DNA of 10,872 nt, taken from the IMG/VR virus record IMGVR_UViG_2737471833_000011; one strand, 5' to 3'. The notes beneath the pieces are model-generated. The model saw nothing but the letters and a program-made list of their open reading frames with translations, did not search any database and was not told the DNA's origin. Source of the DNA: a virus (lineage: Duplodnaviria > Heunggongvirae > Uroviricota > Caudoviricetes). A program made the translations under genes and the position numbers. This document shows, piece by piece, positions 6,633 through 10,872 of this stretch (position 1 is the first letter of the stretch; every line of letters begins with the position of its first letter).

Positions 6633-9066
6633 TATCGACCTTATCCGCGAAGTGACCAGTGCCGCCGCCGGGCGCTGGCCTTATGTGCTGGCTGGATTGT
6701 CTATCGACGTGCCTGATTCATCGCGCCGCCATTCTCCATGCCCTGCATGTGGTGGAAAAGACCGTTTCAGATTCGACGACAACGGGCGCGGTAGCTTTAT
6801 CTGCAATCAGTGTGGCGCTGGTGACGGTTTAGACCTGATTAAGAAGGTGAACAACTGCGACACTACGGAGGCGGCACAGCTTGCCGCTGATGTGCTGGGT
6901 ATTGATTACCGGGCAGCGGAAACCGACCCGGTGGCAGCGAGCCATAGAAGAGAGCAACTGGAAGCTGACCGCCAGCAGCGTGAGCAGGAGCGCCAGAAAC
7001 AGGCAGCAGAGGATGCAGAGCAGCGAAGGGCTACGTTTGCCCGTCTGTATGCCGGAATGCGCCAGAGTGCCACACAGGGAGAATCTGATTACCTGCAATC
7101 AAAAGGGCTGACCGGGTTTAACTATCCGGTTATGCCGGATGGTTCGTTATTGCTGGAGCTGGTGGACGAATCCGGCGCAGTGGCAGCAGCGCAAACCATT
7201 ACACCGCAGGGAGAGAAGCGACTCCTGACAGGTTCAGCAAAGCGCGGGGCATATCACGCCGTAAACGCACCAGAACAGCCGCAGAGCGTATTAATTGCCG
7301 AGGGGCTGGCGACGGCCCTGTCCGTTCACCTGATGCGCCCGGACGCGCTTACAGTGGCGGCAATTGACGCCGGGAACCTGATCCACGTTGCCGGAGTAAT
7401 GCGCCGGAAACACCCGCAGTCGCAAATTATCATTGCCGCAGATAACGACCACCAGCAGGACGAACAGGCGAACACGGGCAAAGATGCCGCAGAGAAAGCC
7501 GCCTTATCCGTGGCTGGCTGGGTGGCGCTGCCGCCGACAGACTACAAAGCCGACTGGGACGACTACCGCCAGCAAAACGGGCTGGAAGTCGCTACGGCTG
7601 CGTTTAACGATTCGATGTACCAGATTCAGGGGGAAGCCGTGAAACCACAACTACAGGCCATTGTGGGCGGTAAATCCCGCCGTAAAGCCGAAGTCGGAGA
7701 TATTGCACAAATGGCAGCCAGCCAGAAAGCGCGGTTGCTTTCATCTCGCTGGGATATGTTGGCGGTCAACCCTGATAGTGGCACTGTTTACTGCTACGAA
7801 TCTGGCGTATGGGTGAAGCTACCAGACAGCGAATTAGAAAGGGTTATGGTGGCAATTTTCGACGAGCACGAAGCCCACTACACCGAAAAGGGGATTAAAT
7901 CGGTTGTCGCAACCATGAAGCTGCAAATACCGGTAATTGGTGAGCGGAGCGGGGATCTGATTGGTTTTGATAACGGCGTTTATGACCTCGCTACGCAGAC
8001 GTTTTCCGCCCATTCGCCGGGTAACTGGCTGATGAACCACAATGGGATCACCTACACCCCGCCAGCGCCGGGGGAAAATATTACCACCAGCGCCCCCAAT
8101 TTTACCCGTTGGCTGAATCATGCAACGGCTGGCGACCATCATAAGGCCGAGCGTATCAAAGCAGCCTTGTTTATGGTGCTGGCGAAGCGTCACGACTGGC
8201 AGCTATTCATTGAGATAACTGGCGAGGGCGGCAGTGGGAAATCCGTATTCAGCAGCATAGCAACCACGCTGGCAGGTGAACACAACACCGCCAGCGGTAG
8301 CATGATGACGCTGGACACCGCACGGGGACGGGCGCAGTTCGTAGGGAAAAGCCTGATTATTATGCCTGACCAGACCCGCTACGTTGGAGAGGGTGCGGGG
8401 ATTAAAGCCATTACGGGCGGCGATCCGGTAGAGATTGATGGGAAATATGAAAAGCAGTTCACAACCGTGATAAATGCCGTTGTTATGGCAACCAATAACG
8501 AGCCGATGACATTCACGGAGCGAAACGGGGGCATTGCCCGCCGCCGCGTGATATTCCCGTTTAATAACCCGGTATCAGACGCAGACAAAGACCCGGATTT
8601 AACCGCAAAAATCAGGCGAGAAATCCCGGTGATTATCCGCCACCTGCTAACCACCTTTGCCGACCAGAACAAAGCAAAGGCACTATTACTAGAGCAGCGC
8701 GATTCGCAGGAGGCGCTAGAGGTTAAACGCGGCACAGATCCGGTTATCGATATGTGTGCGGCACTTTTTTTCATGAACGAACCCAAAGGCATGATGATGG
8801 GCGGAGGTACATGGGCAGGCCAGCCAGAGCCTAGGACGTATCTTTATCATCTTTATCTGGCGTTTATGGAGTATCACGGTTTGGGTAAACCGCTTTCCGT
8901 CAATAAGTTTTCACGCGCCATAAAATCAGCAGCAAAAGAGTACCGAGCCAGCTACCTGACGAGAAGCATTAACGGCAGAGCGCAAACCAACGTTGGCTAT
9001 AACGAGAAGGCTGAGGAGTTCATGCCACGCGCTTACGGTGTGGAGAGCGGGCAGAGTGATGATTGA
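6625..9066 (+). CDS. P4 alpha-like bifunctional DNA primase / helicase (zinc ribbon + Toprim + P-loop NTPase)
   Basis: 813-aa ORF. N-terminal zinc-ribbon cysteines CPACGG...CNQCG. Toprim-like acidic motif IIIAADNDHQQDEQ. Walker A GEGGSGKS at nt 8221-8244. Domain order is as in P4 alpha and PICI pri-rep proteins. Stop TGA 9064-9066. Confidence 0.93.
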   Translation: MRNIDLIREVTSAAAGRWPYVLAGLSIDVPDSSRRHSPCPACGGKDRFRFDDNGRGSFICNQCGAGDGLDLIKKVNNCDTTEAAQLAADVLGIDYRAAETDPVAASHRREQLEADRQQREQERQKQAAEDAEQRRATFARLYAGMRQSATQGESDYLQSKGLTGFNYPVMPDGSLLLELVDESGAVAAAQTITPQGEKRLLTGSAKRGAYHAVNAPEQPQSVLIAEGLATALSVHLMRPDALTVAAIDAGNLIHVAGVMRRKHPQSQIIIAADNDHQQDEQANTGKDAAEKAALSVAGWVALPPTDYKADWDDYRQQNGLEVATAAFNDSMYQIQGEAVKPQLQAIVGGKSRRKAEVGDIAQMAASQKARLLSSRWDMLAVNPDSGTVYCYESGVWVKLPDSELERVMVAIFDEHEAHYTEKGIKSVVATMKLQIPVIGERSGDLIGFDNGVYDLATQTFSAHSPGNWLMNHNGITYTPPAPGENITTSAPNFTRWLNHATAGDHHKAERIKAALFMVLAKRHDWQLFIEITGEGGSGKSVFSSIATTLAGEHNTASGSMMTLDTARGRAQFVGKSLIIMPDQTRYVGEGAGIKAITGGDPVEIDGKYEKQFTTVINAVVMATNNEPMTFTERNGGIARRRVIFPFNNPVSDADKDPDLTAKIRREIPVIIRHLLTTFADQNKAKALLLEQRDSQEALEVKRGTDPVIDMCAALFFMNEPKGMMMGGGTWAGQPEPRTYLYHLYLAFMEYHGLGKPLSVNKFSRAIKSAAKEYRASYLTRSINGRAQTNVGYNEKAEEFMPRAYGVESGQSDD

Positions 9067-9084
9067 AACTTTTACGGCGGCACT

Positions 9085-9332
9085 TATCCCTACTGCCCTA
9101 CTAAAAACGAGACGAGGCCAGACGTAGCAAGGCTTTAAACTAGGTAGGGATATATATTTTTATCCCTACTTATCCCTACATATCCCTACCAAATAAAACA
9201 GGCAGTAAAATGCCGTTGAAGTGATTTAGTAGGGATAAGTAGGGTTATGTAGGGCAACAAAATTGAATGCCTACCAGTCTGAAAGCCTTGCCATTCGTGG
9301 CATGAGCCAGTTAGTAGGGATTGGTAGGGATA
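9085..9332. repeat. Iteron array (putative origin of replication / crr-like region): at least 10 copies of the GTAGGGA / TCCCTAC core
   Basis: TATCCCTAC at 9085, 9161, 9171 and 9181, the last three as 10-bp tandem units. The complement GTAGGG(A/T/C) at 9144, 9229, 9239, 9249 (another 10-bp tandem triplet), 9314 and 9324. Degenerate copies at 9094 and 9271. Flanked by a C5/G8 hairpin (9336-9365) and an AT-rich stretch (about 9431-9520). Sits immediately 3' of the primase gene. Confidence 0.75.
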
Positions 9333-9405
9333 TTACACCCCCAAAAAGATTCTATGGGGGGGGTGAGCTTAAAACGAAACTTGTCAAAACTTGACACACA
9401 GAACG

Positions 9406-9438
9406 ATGCCACCAGCTACTGAGCGGCGGCATTTTTTT
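9406..9438 (+). terminator. Possible intrinsic terminator (imperfect stem ATGCCaCC / GGcGGCAT + T7); may instead be part of the origin's AT-rich unwinding element
   Basis: ATGCC (9406-9410) pairs with GGCAT (9428-9432); the inner pairs have a mismatch. T-run 9432-9438. Confidence 0.3.
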
Positions 9439-9494
9439 GTGCTATTTGTTTCATATTTTGCAATTACGGTGATAAATATTGCTATTTGTGAAAC

Positions 9495-9500
9495 TATAAT
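9495..9500 (+). promoter_or_regulatory. Consensus -10 hexamer TATAAT upstream of the RHH-like gene
   Basis: Perfect TATAAT 33 nt upstream of ATG 9533. No good -35 at 17 bp. An upstream TGTCAA-N3-TTGACA palindrome (9382-9396) and a direct repeat GCTATTTGT (9441-9449, 9481-9489) are candidate operator elements. Confidence 0.35.
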
Positions 9501-9532
9501 AACTGTTGTTTTATACAGTTCTAAGGGGCGTT

Positions 9533-9706
9533 ATGGCTATTTCAGTAAAGCCGGTATTGATAAGTGAGAAGCAAATGGAAGCGATAAAGAAAATTCAGGA
9601 GGAGCAGCGTAAAAAATCAGAGGTAGGAGTTGCGCCAACGATCCACGAAATTGCTCGGGGATTAATGGATAAGGCGCTAGCCTCACTGGCAAGCGAGGGC
9701 GCGTAA
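9533..9706 (+). CDS. Small ribbon-helix-helix-like DNA-binding protein, 57 aa
   Basis: ATG 9533 with AAGGGG at 9523-9528; the track's 9506 start is a TTG upstream of that SD. The pattern PVLISEKQMEAIKKIQEE ... PTIHEIARGLMDKALASL is consistent with a beta-strand plus two helices (RHH/CopG/Arc-like). Stop TAA 9704-9706 overlaps the next ATG (TAATG). Confidence 0.65.
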   Translation: MAISVKPVLISEKQMEAIKKIQEEQRKKSEVGVAPTIHEIARGLMDKALASLASEGA

Positions 9707-10377
9707 TGGGCGCCATTCACCAGATATATGAGCATGAAATGTTCTATAACTGGATAGGTGATGGTAAACGATGTGTAGCATTCCACGAAGCGGGACATGC
9801 GGTAGCTGCATGGCTTATTCGCTTAGATATACAGGTTATCGCCGTTATGGATGAATACGGTTACGTTGCTGGCGAACATGTACATGAGGCCAAGTGTTTG
9901 GGCGTTGTTAAACACAGCATAATTCACAGCCACGATCTCGGGCGTTTGCGGGATAGTAAATCTGGTGTAGTTGGGCAGAATGGTAAAGTTATCCCTTTCA
10001 TACGTTACTATGCGGATGGTATAAAGCGCGATGCAAAAAAGGCCGCTTTTGTATCCCTCGCCGGACCAGTAAGCGAAGCCCTTTACGAAAACAACGATAT
10101 TTTCAACAAAAAGTATTCGCTACCTCATCGCTATGACATGGCTAACGTAAATGACATGCTCGATTTAATCTGCGCTACAGATAAGCAAATTAACAGGGAG
10201 TTAATGCTTTCTAAACTCGTTGAAAAGACCAAAGCCCTCATGGCTCAATACTGGTATGAAGTAGAAAAAATAGCGCATTTGCTTGAACGGGATAGCATTG
10301 TGAATGGTCGAAATGTTAGCTCGTTAATTGGCATCAACGTCATAGACCGGGCAACGCCATTTTTGCTGGTGGAATAA
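9706..10377 (+). CDS. Stand-alone HEXXH zinc metallopeptidase, FtsH (M41)-like protease domain without an AAA+ module, 223 aa
   Basis: GAGGG SD 6 nt before ATG 9706. Exact FtsH-type motif FHEAGHAV at nt 9781-9804. Downstream SLAGPVSEALYE and MANVNDM resemble the FtsH third-ligand Glu region and the GASNDI motif. No Walker motifs. AT-richer than the primase gene. Confidence 0.85.
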   Translation: MGAIHQIYEHEMFYNWIGDGKRCVAFHEAGHAVAAWLIRLDIQVIAVMDEYGYVAGEHVHEAKCLGVVKHSIIHSHDLGRLRDSKSGVVGQNGKVIPFIRYYADGIKRDAKKAAFVSLAGPVSEALYENNDIFNKKYSLPHRYDMANVNDMLDLICATDKQINRELMLSKLVEKTKALMAQYWYEVEKIAHLLERDSIVNGRNVSSLIGINVIDRATPFLLVE

Positions 10378-10590
10378 CTCCAGACCAAACTCATTCGATG
10401 ATTCATTTCTCCACGGGTAAGCTATGCCGGTAGACCTAACTCCGCAGTATTACCGGAATCAGCCAGGCTACAGGCACACAGGAGGCCACGCAACACAATC
10501 CGCGCCTGGATGGGAGTTATATAATACCCCTGATGATTTTGACCAACGCCCACCATTCGACGATGAAACGCCATTCTGGGGGAGATAAAC

Positions 10591-10872
10591 ATGGTAAACG
10601 ACAGTAAAGCCGAGGATCTGGAAGCAAAAGGGCTGTACCGACGCGCCGCAGCGCGATGGATGGAAGTCATGCTGTTATGCACCGAGGACGATGATCGGGA
10701 ATGGATAAAGCGCCGCCGTGAAACGTGTCTGGAGAACGTGAAGCGCCCGCCCGTGAAGGTTGAGGACTTTGGCGACCTACATAAAGCTGTTACCGAAACG
10801 CAACACCGCATGGGGATAGCGCAACCGAACGGTAACGCCTTCAGGTTAAATGGCGGCAATAGGCAAAGGTAG
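10591..10872 (+). CDS. PerC-like small transcriptional regulator, 93 aa (family assignment tentative)
   Basis: GGGGGAG SD 6 nt before ATG 10591; stop TAG 10870-10872. The N-terminal EDLEAKGLYRRAAARWMEVM resembles the conserved PerC-family N-terminus, recalled from memory and not searched. A possible TATAAT at 10520-10525 lies upstream. Confidence 0.7.
   Translation: MVNDSKAEDLEAKGLYRRAAARWMEVMLLCTEDDDREWIKRRRETCLENVKRPPVKVEDFGDLHKAVTETQHRMGIAQPNGNAFRLNGGNRQR

Noticed and set aside
6829-8792. Nested ORFs inside the primase gene on both strands (6829-7098, 6881-7111, 7433-7642, 7834-8193, 8379-8792)
   Set aside because: All fall within the 813-aa primase-helicase ORF, whose domain motifs support it as the real frame.
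9085-9332. Repeat cluster considered as a CRISPR array
   Set aside because: The units are only 7-10 bp, occur in both orientations, and have no unique spacers of CRISPR length. The pattern fits replication iterons next to a primase.
9506-9706. Track start at 9506 for the RHH-like gene
   Set aside because: Position 9506 is a TTG lying upstream of the SD and inside the predicted promoter. ATG 9533 with AAGGGG upstream is the better start.
10422-10859. 145-aa minus-strand ORF overlapping the PerC-like gene
   Set aside because: It has no SD and a Ser/Arg-rich sequence, whereas the + strand gene has a strong SD and a recognisable family-like N-terminus.
1-10872. tRNA / attachment site, and P4 capsid-redirection genes (sid, delta, psu)
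   Set aside because: No tRNA-like sequence or att direct repeat was found. The att/tRNA is expected upstream of int, outside the window. No sid/delta/psu-like ORFs are present, so the element is called P4-like/PICI-type rather than a bona fide P4.

Overview
This window reads as one arm of a P4-like / PICI-type integrative satellite element from an enterobacterial genome, with every credible gene on the + strand. In order: a P4-type tyrosine integrase (1-1260), an AT-rich orphan cargo gene (1354-2235), an AlpA/Vis-family regulator, a 143-aa unknown, an antirepressor-like gene, a chain of small translationally coupled ORFs, a P4 alpha-like primase-helicase (6625-9066), an iteron-type origin (9085-9332), a coupled pair encoding a small RHH-like protein plus a minimal HEXXH (FtsH/M41-like) metallopeptidase (9533-10377), and a PerC-like regulator (10591-10872). 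I see no tRNA, rRNA, CRISPR array or IS element. The attachment site is expected upstream of int and is outside the window. The two best candidates for an undescribed accessory or anti-phage module are the orphan gene beside int and the RHH + peptidase pair. Also worth a look are an ambiguous, structure-rich 0.7-kb stretch (about 4012-4723) and a gene-junction cassette repeated three times. All family assignments are by eye from motifs; no database search or computation was run.
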